Shown: positions 1 through 8,412 of the stretch, in pieces | How the letters are laid out: each line of letters starts with the position of its first letter | Numbering within the stretch: the first letter of the stretch is position 1 | DNA from: a virus | Direction: 5' to 3' (one strand) | Length of the DNA stretch: 64,000 bases | IMG/VR virus record: IMGVR_UViG_3300017739_000006 | Program-made: the position numbers and the translations under genes | The notes under the pieces: model-generated | Told to the model about the DNA's origin: nothing | What the model saw: the letters and a program-made list of their open reading frames with translations, nothing else | The model's database searches: none

Positions 1-204
1 GAGTCCACTGAGGCAAGATACTTATCTTTCCTAGTACAGATGGAGGACGTTGAGTTTATATTCCAGGGCAAGTCACCTGCTGATGTTAAGATTAGACTTC
101 GTAAAATCTATAGACCTGAGAAGTTGAAGGGTGTAAAAATTACACGTATGCTTCCTGCTCAAGTCCTGCATTATTATTGGGAAAAACGACAAGCATCAAT
201 GTAA
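1..204 (+). CDS. 3' end of hypothetical protein (truncated by window start)
   Basis: Frame 1 open from base 1 to TAA 202-204 (...HYYWEKRQASM*); next ATG follows directly at 205. Confidence 0.6.
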   Translation, partial: ESTEARYLSFLVQMEDVEFIFQGKSPADVKIRLRKIYRPEKLKGVKITRMLPAQVLHYYWEKRQASM

Positions 205-588
205 ATGTCAGACATCAATAGCGCTATAATTGAACGCCTAGAACGGGTGGTCGATTCGTTACAGGAAAATTCTGTACGAATGGGTCAACTTCTTGCTGTG
301 CATAATGAAAAACTCAGCAAGCAAGATAAAGTAGACGAAGTATTATTTGAGAAGTTAGATAGACTATCTACTGATTTCAATAGAGAGACAGATGCTATAA
401 AGAAAGGATGCGAAAGAGATATAAGAAAGGTAGATGATAGACTTAGACTTATGGAGAAGAAGATGTGGACTATATTTGGTGCTCTTAGTATCATAAGTTT
501 CCTTGTCAGTCCTATAGGGCAGGCATTTATAAGACCTGTGTTGACACAAACCGATCAATCAAGTATCATTAGAAGCGTCGATCAATAA
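205..588 (+). CDS. Conserved cyanophage hypothetical protein, coiled-coil with C-terminal TM helix
   Basis: 127 aa, heptad-like helix followed by hydrophobic WTIFGALSIISFLV. Confidence 0.7.
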   Translation: MSDINSAIIERLERVVDSLQENSVRMGQLLAVHNEKLSKQDKVDEVLFEKLDRLSTDFNRETDAIKKGCERDIRKVDDRLRLMEKKMWTIFGALSIISFLVSPIGQAFIRPVLTQTDQSSIIRSVDQ

Positions 589-600
589 TTTTAAGTTGGA

Positions 601-1599
601 ATGAGTTTCATTGACATCAAGTACGCTCGCATTGTCGGGTCAAGACTTGATAAGTTCAAAGAGAAAAAATCAACCCTCTATAATTTCAGATGCCCCTACT
701 GTGGAGACTCCCAGAAGCAGGCATCTAAAGCGAGAGGGTATTTCTTTACCAAACAGAATGACATTATCTTTAAGTGTCATAACTGTGGGGTAGGAAGAAC
801 TCTTGGCAACTTCTTAAAAGAACAAGCGAGAGACATATACGAATCCTATATTTTAGAACGATACAAGGATGGATTGACAGGTAGAAGAACACGGGTTGCC
901 AATCCAAATCCAGATGTCTTCAAAGCAAAACCAGTATTTAAAACAGGGACTAACCTTCCAAATATTTCTAGTCTAAATAATGAACATCCCGCAAGAAAGT
1001 ACCTTGAACAAAGAGGCATTACAGGGTCGAAACTCGACCTCATCTACTATGCAGATAAGTTCAAAGAGTACATCAACTCGCAGAAGCATACATTTGACAA
1101 TCTCCAGAATGATAGACCCCGTATCATCATTCCGTTAATCGATAAAGACGGACAATGGTTTGGTGTACAGGGTAGATCCCTAATGCCCAATTCCAGACTC
1201 CGTTATATAACCATTCTTTATAATGAAAACAAACCAAAGGTCTTTGGACAAGACAGACTTGATCCAAACAAACCAGTCTACCTCGTGGAAGGACCGTTTG
1301 ATTCCCTCTTCTTGGAAAACGGTGCTGCTATGTGTGGGTCCGATCTTGATCCTAGGTCGCTTGGTTGGAGCGATTGTGTTTATGTTTTTGATAACGAACC
1401 ACGTAACAAACAAATCACCGACAGGATCTCAGGGACCATCGACAGAGGTTACAAAGTAGTAATCTTCCCGTCAGGTATCCAACAAAAGGACCTTAATGAT
1501 ATGGTTCTTGCTGGACACAACGTACAAACCCTGGTAGAATCAAATACCTATCAAGGATTACAAGCAAAATTAAAATTATCTCAATGGAAGAAAGTATGA
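601..1599 (+). CDS. gp61: T4-like DNA primase
   Basis: Zn finger CPYCGDS...CHNC, TOPRIM motif YLVEGPFDSLF, DNEPRN, KDLND. Confidence 0.95.
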   Translation: MSFIDIKYARIVGSRLDKFKEKKSTLYNFRCPYCGDSQKQASKARGYFFTKQNDIIFKCHNCGVGRTLGNFLKEQARDIYESYILERYKDGLTGRRTRVANPNPDVFKAKPVFKTGTNLPNISSLNNEHPARKYLEQRGITGSKLDLIYYADKFKEYINSQKHTFDNLQNDRPRIIIPLIDKDGQWFGVQGRSLMPNSRLRYITILYNENKPKVFGQDRLDPNKPVYLVEGPFDSLFLENGAAMCGSDLDPRSLGWSDCVYVFDNEPRNKQITDRISGTIDRGYKVVIFPSGIQQKDLNDMVLAGHNVQTLVESNTYQGLQAKLKLSQWKKV

Positions 1600-3899
1600 A
1601 CGTAATTAAAAGAGACGGTATCGCCGTCCCTCTCAACCTTGACAAGGTACACAAGATGGTTGAGTTAGCGTGTGATGGTCTCACTGGTGTAAGTGAATCA
1701 CAAGTTGAGATGAATGCCAATCTACAGTTCTTTGATGGCATCAAGACATCCGAAATCCAAGATATTCTTATTCGCTCAGCGAGTGATCTAATCGATTTAG
1801 ACGCTCCAAATTATCAGTATGTAGCAGCACGTCTCCTTCTGTTTAACGTACGCAAGCAGGTCTTTCCAGAGTGGGCAGACGAGGTTGGTTATCCACATCT
1901 CCAAGACCACGTACAGCGTTGTGTAGACGCAGGAGTATATGATGGCAGCATCCTAAATAAATATAGTCCTATAGAGTGGGATTGTCTGAATAGTTATATT
2001 GACCACGAACGTTGTATGGGTTTTACCTTTGCAGGGTTGAGACAAATTGTAGATAAGTATCTAGTACAGGATAGAAGCACTGGGATTCTTTATGAGACAC
2101 CTCAGTATATGTACATTATGGTTGCGGCAACACTCTTTCAAGACTATCCAAAAAATTCTAGACTTGAATATGTACAACGATACTACACAGCAACCTCCAA
2201 AGGGAAAATCAACCTCCCAACGCCAGTGCTCGCAGGAGTTCGGACAACACTTCGTCAATTTGCATCTTGTGTTCTCGTTGATGTTGATGACACCCTCGAT
2301 GGTATCTTTAGCAGTGATATGGCTATTGGTAAATACGTCGCACAACGTGCTGGTATCGGTATCAACGCAGGCAGAATCCGTGGCATCAACGCTAAAATCA
2401 GAGGTGGAGAGGTACAGCACACAGGTGTTATCCCCTTCCTCAAAAAGTTTGAATCAACTGTACGTTGCTGCACGCAAAACGGTATCAGAGGTGGTTCTGC
2501 TACAGTTCATTTTCCTATCTGGCACCAAGAAATAGAAGATATTCTTGTTCTCAAGAACAACAAAGGAACTGAAGATAACAGAGTCAGGAAACTTGACTAC
2601 TCTATTCAGATCAGTAAACTGTTCTATGAAAGATTCATTCAGAATGCGACGATCTCTTTATTCAGTCCTCACGATGTCCCTGGTCTATATGATGCTTTTG
2701 GGACTGATGATTTCGATGCTCTCTATGAGAAGTACGAGCAGGACGAAACGATTACTAGACGCACCATTGATGCATCGCAAATTGTTCTCTCACTATTGAA
2801 AGAGAGAGCAGAGACTGGTCGTATTTACATTATGAATATTGACCACTGCAATAGTCACTCTTCATTCAAAGATAAGGTTAGTATGTCTAACCTCTGTCAG
2901 GAGATCACTCTTCCTACAGATCCTATCTCTCACATTGATGATGACGGTGGTGAGATTGCATTGTGCATCCTCTCTGCTATCAACGTGGGTAAACTTCGTA
3001 ACCTCAATGAGATGGAGGAACTATGTGACCTTGCAGTACGTGGTCTTGAAGAACTAATTGAATATCAAAATTATCCTGTTAAGGCAGCAGAACGTTCTAC
3101 TCTTGCACGTAGATCACTTGGTGTTGGTTACATTGGACTAGCACATTACCTTGCTAAGAATGGTTTTAATTATGCTGATCAAGGTGCTTGGGATCTAGTT
3201 CATAGACTAACTGAGTCCTTCCAATTCAATCTACTTAAGGCATCCAATGCTATCGCTATGGAGAAGGGTGCGTGTGAAGGTTTCCAACATACAAAGTATG
3301 CCGATGGAATTCTTCCCATCGATACATATAAGAGCGAGGTAGATGAAATTTCTAACGTAGAACTTGCATATGATTGGGATAGTCTTAGGGAATCTATCAA
3401 ACAGTTCGGACTCAGGCACAGCACTCTGTCCGCACAAATGCCTTCGGAGAGTAGTTCCGTTGTGTCAAACGCAACCAATGGAATCGAACCACCTAGAGAC
3501 TACCTGTCCATTAAAAAATCAAAGAAAGGACCTCTTAAGCAGATTGTTCCAGGTTTCCCGTACTTAAAAAATAAGTACACTCTACTATGGGAAATGCCTT
3601 CCAATGAAGGTTATATTAAAATCGTCGCTGTGATGCAAAAGTTTTTTGACCAAGCAATCAGTGGCAACTGGAGTTATAATCCAGGAAATTATCCCGATAA
3701 CGAAGTACCCTCTTCCGTTATGGCAATGGACCTATTGAACACATACAAATACGGTTGGAAAACATCCTACTACCAGAACACTTATGACAATAAGAAAGAT
3801 GGTGAGGAAGAACCAACAGTGCAAATCACAAACAACGTAGATCAACTAGTAAACGAACTATTGGAGGCAGAGGAAGACTGTGACAGTTGCAAAGTTTAA
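1596..3899 (+). CDS. nrdA: Ribonucleotide reductase class Ia alpha subunit
   Basis: ATP cone VIKRDG, QFASCVL, SNLCQEI, C-terminal CDSCKV; ATG 1596 overlaps the primase stop (ATGA); no intein or intron seen. Confidence 0.97.
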   Translation: MNVIKRDGIAVPLNLDKVHKMVELACDGLTGVSESQVEMNANLQFFDGIKTSEIQDILIRSASDLIDLDAPNYQYVAARLLLFNVRKQVFPEWADEVGYPHLQDHVQRCVDAGVYDGSILNKYSPIEWDCLNSYIDHERCMGFTFAGLRQIVDKYLVQDRSTGILYETPQYMYIMVAATLFQDYPKNSRLEYVQRYYTATSKGKINLPTPVLAGVRTTLRQFASCVLVDVDDTLDGIFSSDMAIGKYVAQRAGIGINAGRIRGINAKIRGGEVQHTGVIPFLKKFESTVRCCTQNGIRGGSATVHFPIWHQEIEDILVLKNNKGTEDNRVRKLDYSIQISKLFYERFIQNATISLFSPHDVPGLYDAFGTDDFDALYEKYEQDETITRRTIDASQIVLSLLKERAETGRIYIMNIDHCNSHSSFKDKVSMSNLCQEITLPTDPISHIDDDGGEIALCILSAINVGKLRNLNEMEELCDLAVRGLEELIEYQNYPVKAAERSTLARRSLGVGYIGLAHYLAKNGFNYADQGAWDLVHRLTESFQFNLLKASNAIAMEKGACEGFQHTKYADGILPIDTYKSEVDEISNVELAYDWDSLRESIKQFGLRHSTLSAQMPSESSSVVSNATNGIEPPRDYLSIKKSKKGPLKQIVPGFPYLKNKYTLLWEMPSNEGYIKIVAVMQKFFDQAISGNWSYNPGNYPDNEVPSSVMAMDLLNTYKYGWKTSYYQNTYDNKKDGEEEPTVQITNNVDQLVNELLEAEEDCDSCKV

Positions 3900-5073
3900 A
3901 ATCTCCGAAGGAGATCAACGACCCAAGAAAGGCATCGACAAAATTACAGTATTTAATAAAACGAAACACGATACAAAAAAGCAACCAATGTTCTTCGGAC
4001 AACCTCTTGGTGTCCAGAGATATGATGCGTTTAAGTATCCTGTGTTTGATAGACTAACCAATTCACAATTAGGATTCTTTTGGAGACCCGAAGAGGTATC
4101 TCTCCAGAAGGATCGCTCTGACTTTCAAGACTTATCTGATGCACAGAAGCACATCTTTACTAGCAATCTAAGGTACCAGATTCTCTTGGACTCTGTACAA
4201 GGTCGTGGTCCTGGAATGGCATTCATTCCATATTGCTCACTACCTGAACTTGAGTCTGCGATGATTGCGTGGGAGTTTATGGAGATGATCCATAGTCGCT
4301 CTTACACATACATCATCAAAAATGTTTATGCAAACCCTGAAGAGATCTTTGATACTATTCTTGATGACGAGAAGATCGTCGCACGTGCTAAGTCTGTGAC
4401 TGAAGCATATGATGAGTTCATCAACTACGCACAGGAATGGGGACAAGGCAACTGGTGGAAGTCAGATTGGAAAGATTCTCCTTCTGCATTCTGGGAGAAG
4501 AAAGAACTCAAGCGTAGACTCTATAGAGCAGTTATGAATGTGAATATCCTTGAGGGTATTCGCTTCTATGTTTCATTCGCTTGCTCTTTTGGATTTGGTG
4601 AACTTAAAAAGATGGAAGGATCTGCTAAGATCATTTCACTTATCGCACGCGATGAGTCACAGCACCTTGTACTTACTCAGAATATTTTGAACAAGTGGAA
4701 GGAAGGTGACGATCCTGATATGATCGACATCATCAAAGAAGAAAAGCAGAACGTCTTGGAAATGTTCCAACGTTGTGTAGAAGAGGAGAAAGATTGGGCA
4801 GAGTATCTGTTCAAAGATGGTTCTATGATCGGACTCAATGCTAAACTTCTCGGACAATATGTTGAGTGGACTGCTAATCGTAGGATGAAGGCAATCGGTA
4901 TCGATCCTATCTACGATATTCCTGCTAGAAACAATCCACTTCCTTGGACAAATCATTGGTTGAACTCTAAAGGTCAACAGAATGCACCACAGGAAACTGA
5001 GATTGAATCCTATGTTGTAGGAGCAATTAAACAAGACATCAAAAAAGATACATTCTCTGGATTCAAACTTTAA
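3880..5073 (+). CDS. nrdB: Ribonucleotide reductase class Ia beta subunit
   Basis: FWRPEEV, EMIHSRSY, LEGIRFYVSF, RDESQH, APQETEIESY; GTG start. Confidence 0.97.
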   Translation: MTVAKFKISEGDQRPKKGIDKITVFNKTKHDTKKQPMFFGQPLGVQRYDAFKYPVFDRLTNSQLGFFWRPEEVSLQKDRSDFQDLSDAQKHIFTSNLRYQILLDSVQGRGPGMAFIPYCSLPELESAMIAWEFMEMIHSRSYTYIIKNVYANPEEIFDTILDDEKIVARAKSVTEAYDEFINYAQEWGQGNWWKSDWKDSPSAFWEKKELKRRLYRAVMNVNILEGIRFYVSFACSFGFGELKKMEGSAKIISLIARDESQHLVLTQNILNKWKEGDDPDMIDIIKEEKQNVLEMFQRCVEEEKDWAEYLFKDGSMIGLNAKLLGQYVEWTANRRMKAIGIDPIYDIPARNNPLPWTNHWLNSKGQQNAPQETEIESYVVGAIKQDIKKDTFSGFKL

Positions 5074-5075
5074 TT

Positions 5076-5705
5076 ATGTTTATTGGTGAAGTCCCGACCT
5101 CTGTGTCGGAACCCATCAAGGCAAGACTATTGAATAGTCCTTATTGGCCTTGGTATATGATTACTGAAACAACTGGGTATGATCCTAAGTTCAATGATTC
5201 TATCCCCGATGAAATGTCGGGGGAGGATCCTCAGTTTCAACACACAGTAGTAAACAATCAAGGAGAGATCTCTTCCCAACACGCTTGGGATATTGTTGTC
5301 GAACCTTTGTGGAAACATATATCTGAAAACTTTTCCGATGAACTTGGAGACTTTGAAAAGTTCAGACGTATCAAAATCAATCTATTAACTAGGAAAGAGT
5401 CAAAGCATTTATACCATACACCACACGTGGATTATGATTTTCCACATATGACGTTGTTGTATTATGTGAATGACTCGGATGGTCCTACGTTCTTCTTCAA
5501 TGAAACGTATGATGGATCACGTAAAAAACTGACGATGAAAACTAAGATCGAACCACGTCAAGGGAGGTTTGTTATCTTTGACGGTCATAATTTTCACGCG
5601 AGCAGTAATCCGCAATACAATGACTATCGATGCATAATCAATTTAAATTACATCTCAAGTTCCTCGGGCAACTTAAGCGGGATCTTAAACGAGATAAGGG
5701 CATAG
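5076..5705 (+). CDS. 2OG-Fe(II) oxygenase family protein
   Basis: HxD motif (PHVD), LLYYVNDSDG, distal His (FHASS), RxxxN. Confidence 0.8.
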   Translation: MFIGEVPTSVSEPIKARLLNSPYWPWYMITETTGYDPKFNDSIPDEMSGEDPQFQHTVVNNQGEISSQHAWDIVVEPLWKHISENFSDELGDFEKFRRIKINLLTRKESKHLYHTPHVDYDFPHMTLLYYVNDSDGPTFFFNETYDGSRKKLTMKTKIEPRQGRFVIFDGHNFHASSNPQYNDYRCIINLNYISSSSGNLSGILNEIRA

Positions 5706-5767
5706 GCACGCAGACGCAGTACCGTACCAACAGGAAGCGTAACAAAAAGAAAAAGATTGCTAAATAA
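5630..5767 (+). CDS. Small basic hypothetical protein, 45 aa (MHNQFKLHLKFLGQLKRDLKRDK...KKKKIAK)
   Basis: Read by eye; overlaps the 3' end of the oxygenase in another frame. Confidence 0.4.
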   Translation: MHNQFKLHLKFLGQLKRDLKRDKGIGTQTQYRTNRKRNKKKKIAK

Positions 5768-5785
5768 TACAGGATATGTTATCAT
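5757..5785 (+). promoter_or_regulatory. Sigma70-like promoter TTGCTA-N17-TATCAT, overlapping a late-type TAAATA (5761-5766)
   Basis: 17-nt spacer; predicted start near 5792, at the first base of the riboswitch-like element. Confidence 0.55.
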
Positions 5786-5792
5786 ATCCATA

Positions 5793-5830
5793 CGTTCATC
5801 TCGCAAGAGACGCAAGTAAGTCGCGGAACG
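5793..5830 (+). ncRNA. Glutamine riboswitch-like aptamer 1 (glnA / Downstream-peptide class)
   Basis: P1 CGTTC/GAACG, P2 TCTC-GCAA-GAGA, junction CGCAAGTAAG (compare CGGAAGTAAG of glnA aptamers); lies upstream of a DUF4278-like gene. Confidence 0.65.
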
Positions 5831-5833
5831 GAG

Positions 5834-6039
5834 CGTTCATCCCTATGTTTGGACCATTATTATGTTAATGCATCTAATGATTTTAGCGTATTCAGATCTC
5901 CATTGTGTCGATGCTGCTGTACTGATAGGTAGAGTTGCTAAGCACGAACAGTTATCTAGACAGGTAAAGGTTGAGATCGTTCAAACCATTCAGGAATCAA
6001 CTCCTGAGTGTCCGTGGGACGCAAACGACTAAAGGAACG
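5834..6039 (+). ncRNA. Glutamine riboswitch-like aptamer 2 with a 172-nt loop insertion containing an ORF
   Basis: P1 CGTTC(5834-38)/GAACG(6035-39), P2 TCCC(5840-43)/GGGA(6016-19), then CGCAAA; same scaffold as aptamer 1. Confidence 0.55.
5862..6032 (+). CDS. Small hypothetical protein, 56 aa (MLMHLMILAYSDLHCVD...ECPWDAND), nested in aptamer 2
   Basis: Read by eye; ATG 5862 or 5868 to TAA 6030-6032; resembles a small ORF family seen in cyanophages. Confidence 0.65.
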   Translation: MLMHLMILAYSDLHCVDAAVLIGRVAKHEQLSRQVKVEIVQTIQESTPECPWDAND

Positions 6040-6073
6040 GACCTAAAAATCCAACTACTTTAGGAGTAACCAA

Positions 6074-6217
6074 ATGGAACTTATCACGTATAGAGGCGTT
6101 AAGTATAACGCCAAAGAGTACAAAGCAAAGGTACTTGCCGAAGCATCATCAAACCGCAACCACGATTTGATGTACAGAGGCGTCAAAGTTGAACGCAAGT
6201 TCGCATCAAAGAGTTAA
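6074..6217 (+). CDS. DUF4278-like small protein (GS-inactivating-factor-like), 47 aa
   Basis: MELITYRGVKY...LMYRGVKV with two YRG motifs; SD TAGGAG upstream. Confidence 0.75.
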   Translation: MELITYRGVKYNAKEYKAKVLAEASSNRNHDLMYRGVKVERKFASKS

Positions 6218-6218
6218 G

Positions 6219-6326
6219 ATGGATCTATCATCACCGCTAATGGTGGTGGGACTCATAACATTGGGATCTGCCACGTTCCTAACCTTAATCTATGCAGAAG
6301 TAAAATTCTTGCACCAGTGGGGTTAG
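6219..6326 (+). CDS. Small membrane peptide, 35 aa
   Basis: MDLSSPLMVVGLITLGSATFLTLIYAEVKFLHQWG, single TM helix. Confidence 0.55.
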   Translation: MDLSSPLMVVGLITLGSATFLTLIYAEVKFLHQWG

Positions 6327-6330
6327 GACC

Positions 6331-6489
6331 GTGCGACTCAAGATCTCAATAGATTATGGGTTGCCAGAGTATGACGAGAATAAACACAATCCCGAAAAGG
6401 TCTTCGCCTTTCTTTGCTATCGGGGAGTGTACTATGCCAAATGGTGTAGAATAAACTTGTCATTCAATCAAAACACTTCGGTCAAATAA
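6331..6489 (+). CDS. Small hypothetical protein with a YRGV motif, 52 aa
   Basis: GTG start; ...FAFLCYRGVYYAKW...; TAA 6487-6489. Confidence 0.55.
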   Translation: MRLKISIDYGLPEYDENKHNPEKVFAFLCYRGVYYAKWCRINLSFNQNTSVK

Positions 6490-6502
6490 CTTCGTGAAAC
6501 GC

Positions 6503-6527
6503 ACACCCTTTTCAAGGGTGTTTTTTT
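6503..6527 (+). terminator. Intrinsic terminator
   Basis: ACACCCTT-TTC-AAGGGTGT followed by a T-tract. Confidence 0.8.
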
Positions 6528-6569
6528 ATGCTAGGATATATAATATTAATATAATAAGGTACTACCCGA

Positions 6570-7238
6570 ATGAAAATCTTCCTAGATTGTTCGGACCCCG
6601 AACTTATCCATCACGCAATGGAAACTTGTCTCATTGATGGTGTAACTACTAACCCTTCTCTTATGTTGAAGGCAGGTAGGAAACCTAGAGACGTGATCCA
6701 AGAAATCAGTGATCTTTTTTCTTGGGATGCTTCAATCTCTGCAGAAGTTATGGGCGATACAGCAGAAGAAATGATTGAAGCAGCAAATGAATACTATAGT
6801 ATTGCCCCCAACGTCACAGTTAAACTTCCCTGTACAAGGGAGGGACTGATTGCCTGTAGTGATCTCTCATCCGATGGTATCAGTACAAACGTAACCTTAA
6901 TTTTCTCAGTCTCACAAGCAATCCTCGCTGCAAAAGCAGGAGCATCTATGATGTCTCCTTTTGTTGGTAGACTGAATGACAATTCTTTCTCAGGTATATC
7001 ACTAGTTCAAGCAATCTCTAGAGTCTATCGTATGCACGATGTAGATACAGAGATCCTTGCTGCATCTGTACGCGAAGTGCACCAAGTCGCACGTTGTTTT
7101 GATGCAGGAGCAGACATTGTGACTATGCCATATCAAGTGTTCAATAAAATGTACAACCATATCTTGACAGACAATGGTCTAGAGAGATTTGAGAAAGACT
7201 GGGCAGAACTACAGAACCAATTACATATTGACGAATGA
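6570..7238 (+). CDS. talC: Transaldolase (TalC/Fsa type)
   Basis: IFLD, GVTTNPSL, Schiff-base VTVKLP, SPFVGRL, ILAASVR. Confidence 0.95.
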   Translation: MKIFLDCSDPELIHHAMETCLIDGVTTNPSLMLKAGRKPRDVIQEISDLFSWDASISAEVMGDTAEEMIEAANEYYSIAPNVTVKLPCTREGLIACSDLSSDGISTNVTLIFSVSQAILAAKAGASMMSPFVGRLNDNSFSGISLVQAISRVYRMHDVDTEILAASVREVHQVARCFDAGADIVTMPYQVFNKMYNHILTDNGLERFEKDWAELQNQLHIDE

Positions 7239-7405
7239 AACTCTGGAAACAAAAAGTAAACATCCCTGATGTTGGCGAGGTCTTCGTGGAAGCGGAGACC
7301 AAATTTCCTTGGGAAGTGAAGGGACATATTGAGCGTATCCTCAAAATGGACCACGGAATTTCAAAGTTTGATATGATAGGTGCCCCCGAAGAAGTGAACA
7401 AATGA
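7235..7405 (+). CDS. Hypothetical protein, 56 aa
   Basis: ATGA overlap with talC stop; MKLWKQKVNIPDVGEV... Confidence 0.55.
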   Translation: MKLWKQKVNIPDVGEVFVEAETKFPWEVKGHIERILKMDHGISKFDMIGAPEEVNK

Positions 7406-7485
7406 TTTACCTCAAGGCACTTATGTTATTCTCATCCATCTCCTTGTTTTGTTACTGGGGGATTACCAATGCAGGACCTACCTAA
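7402..7485 (+). CDS. Small hydrophobic peptide, 27 aa
   Basis: MIYLKALMLFSSISLFCYWGITNAGPT; coupled by ATGA and TAATG overlaps on both sides. Confidence 0.45.
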   Translation: MIYLKALMLFSSISLFCYWGITNAGPT

Positions 7486-7652
7486 TGCAAAAGAAAAATC
7501 TAAAGACACTCATCCACGACATTGAGATAGCACTAGCAGAACTCAAGTCCGAAGTCTATTCCGATACATATGCATACCGTATAAGTAGTTCGGATAATGA
7601 CAGACAAACAACCTATCGTGACATCAACGACGAAGACGGGATCTGCGATTGA
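7485..7652 (+). CDS. Conserved cyanophage hypothetical protein
   Basis: MQKKNLKTLIHDIEIALAELKSEVYSD...; TAATG coupling. Confidence 0.6.
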   Translation: MQKKNLKTLIHDIEIALAELKSEVYSDTYAYRISSSDNDRQTTYRDINDEDGICD

Positions 7653-8088
7653 CTATGAGAACCCCTGGATATTTGAAGGAACCCCTTTTCTATCTGAGAA
7701 CATTGACCCTTATTTCGGTTTTGTCTATCGGATTACAAACCTTCAAAGTGGCAAGCAATATATCGGACGGAAGTATTTCTGGTCAAAAAGAAAACCTAGA
7801 GGTAAGACTAGGAGAGTTACAACTGAAAGCGACTGGAAAAAATACTACGGCAGTTGTCCTGAACTTACTCAAGATATTAAACTCCTCGGACGTGGAGCAT
7901 TCAAACGAGAGATACTCTCCCTACACCTTACGGGAGGTAAAACAAATTATGAAGAGACAAAACAACTCTTCATCAACGGTGTCCTCACAGAGTGTGACGG
8001 ATCAAAAAAACCTGCCTTCTACAACTCCAACATTCTAGGTAGGTACTACAGAAAAGATTACTTCCCACACCCCTTGACTTCAGAGTAA
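7597..8088 (+). CDS. GIY-YIG family endonuclease (endonuclease II/DenA-like); start uncertain
   Basis: GFVYRITN...KQYIGRK motif, YYGS, catalytic Glu in YEETKQ, FYNSNI. Confidence 0.75.
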   Translation: MTDKQPIVTSTTKTGSAIDYENPWIFEGTPFLSENIDPYFGFVYRITNLQSGKQYIGRKYFWSKRKPRGKTRRVTTESDWKKYYGSCPELTQDIKLLGRGAFKREILSLHLTGGKTNYEETKQLFINGVLTECDGSKKPAFYNSNILGRYYRKDYFPHPLTSE

Positions 8089-8102
8089 ACCTGATATATA
8101 GT
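8074..8102 (+). promoter_or_regulatory. Sigma70-like promoter TTGACT-N17-TATAGT
   Basis: Near-consensus hexamers upstream of a small ORF and tRNA-Arg. Confidence 0.65.
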
Positions 8103-8129
8103 ATGCTCTGTAGTTCGAAGGCAAGAACA

Positions 8130-8288
8130 ATGTCCTCCTTTAAAACGGATGATTACGATTCTAAAAATCAATTTCTCACATCTACAATAGAGGTTTTGAT
8201 TGACAAGATGCACGAACATCTAGCAGAGAAAGAATTTAATAGGGCGAAGGTTATCGCAGAGCGTATTGCTCAACTACAAAAACAGTAG
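8130..8288 (+). CDS. Hypothetical protein, 52 aa
   Basis: ORF track (trimmed to ATG 8130). Confidence 0.55.
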   Translation: MSSFKTDDYDSKNQFLTSTIEVLIDKMHEHLAEKEFNRAKVIAERIAQLQKQ

Positions 8289-8296
8289 ATGCTTGA

Positions 8297-8370
8297 GGTC
8301 CAGTAGCTCAGTGGAATAGAGCAACTGCCTTCTAAGCAGTCGGTCGATGGTTCGAATCCATCCTGGATCG
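8297..8370 (+). tRNA. trnR-UCU: tRNA-Arg(TCT)
   Basis: Acceptor GGTCCAG/CTGGATC, D arm GCTC/GAGC, anticodon arm ACTGC-CTTCTAA-GCAGT, T arm GATGG-TTCGAAT-CCATC; CCA not encoded. Confidence 0.95.
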
Positions 8371-8412
8371 TTCCCTTCGGGGATTTATAGTCTAGTAGTA
8401 CGAGGTAGCATT

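Noticed and set aside
1596-5073. Introns or inteins in nrdA/nrdB (and in psbA)
   Set aside because: The ORFs are continuous and of normal length, with no intein or homing-endonuclease motifs.
7597-8088. GIY-YIG ORF as a mobile homing endonuclease near the tRNA
   Set aside because: It is short, has no C-terminal DNA-binding repeats, is not in an intron, and resembles the conserved endonuclease II-like core gene of T4-like cyanophages.
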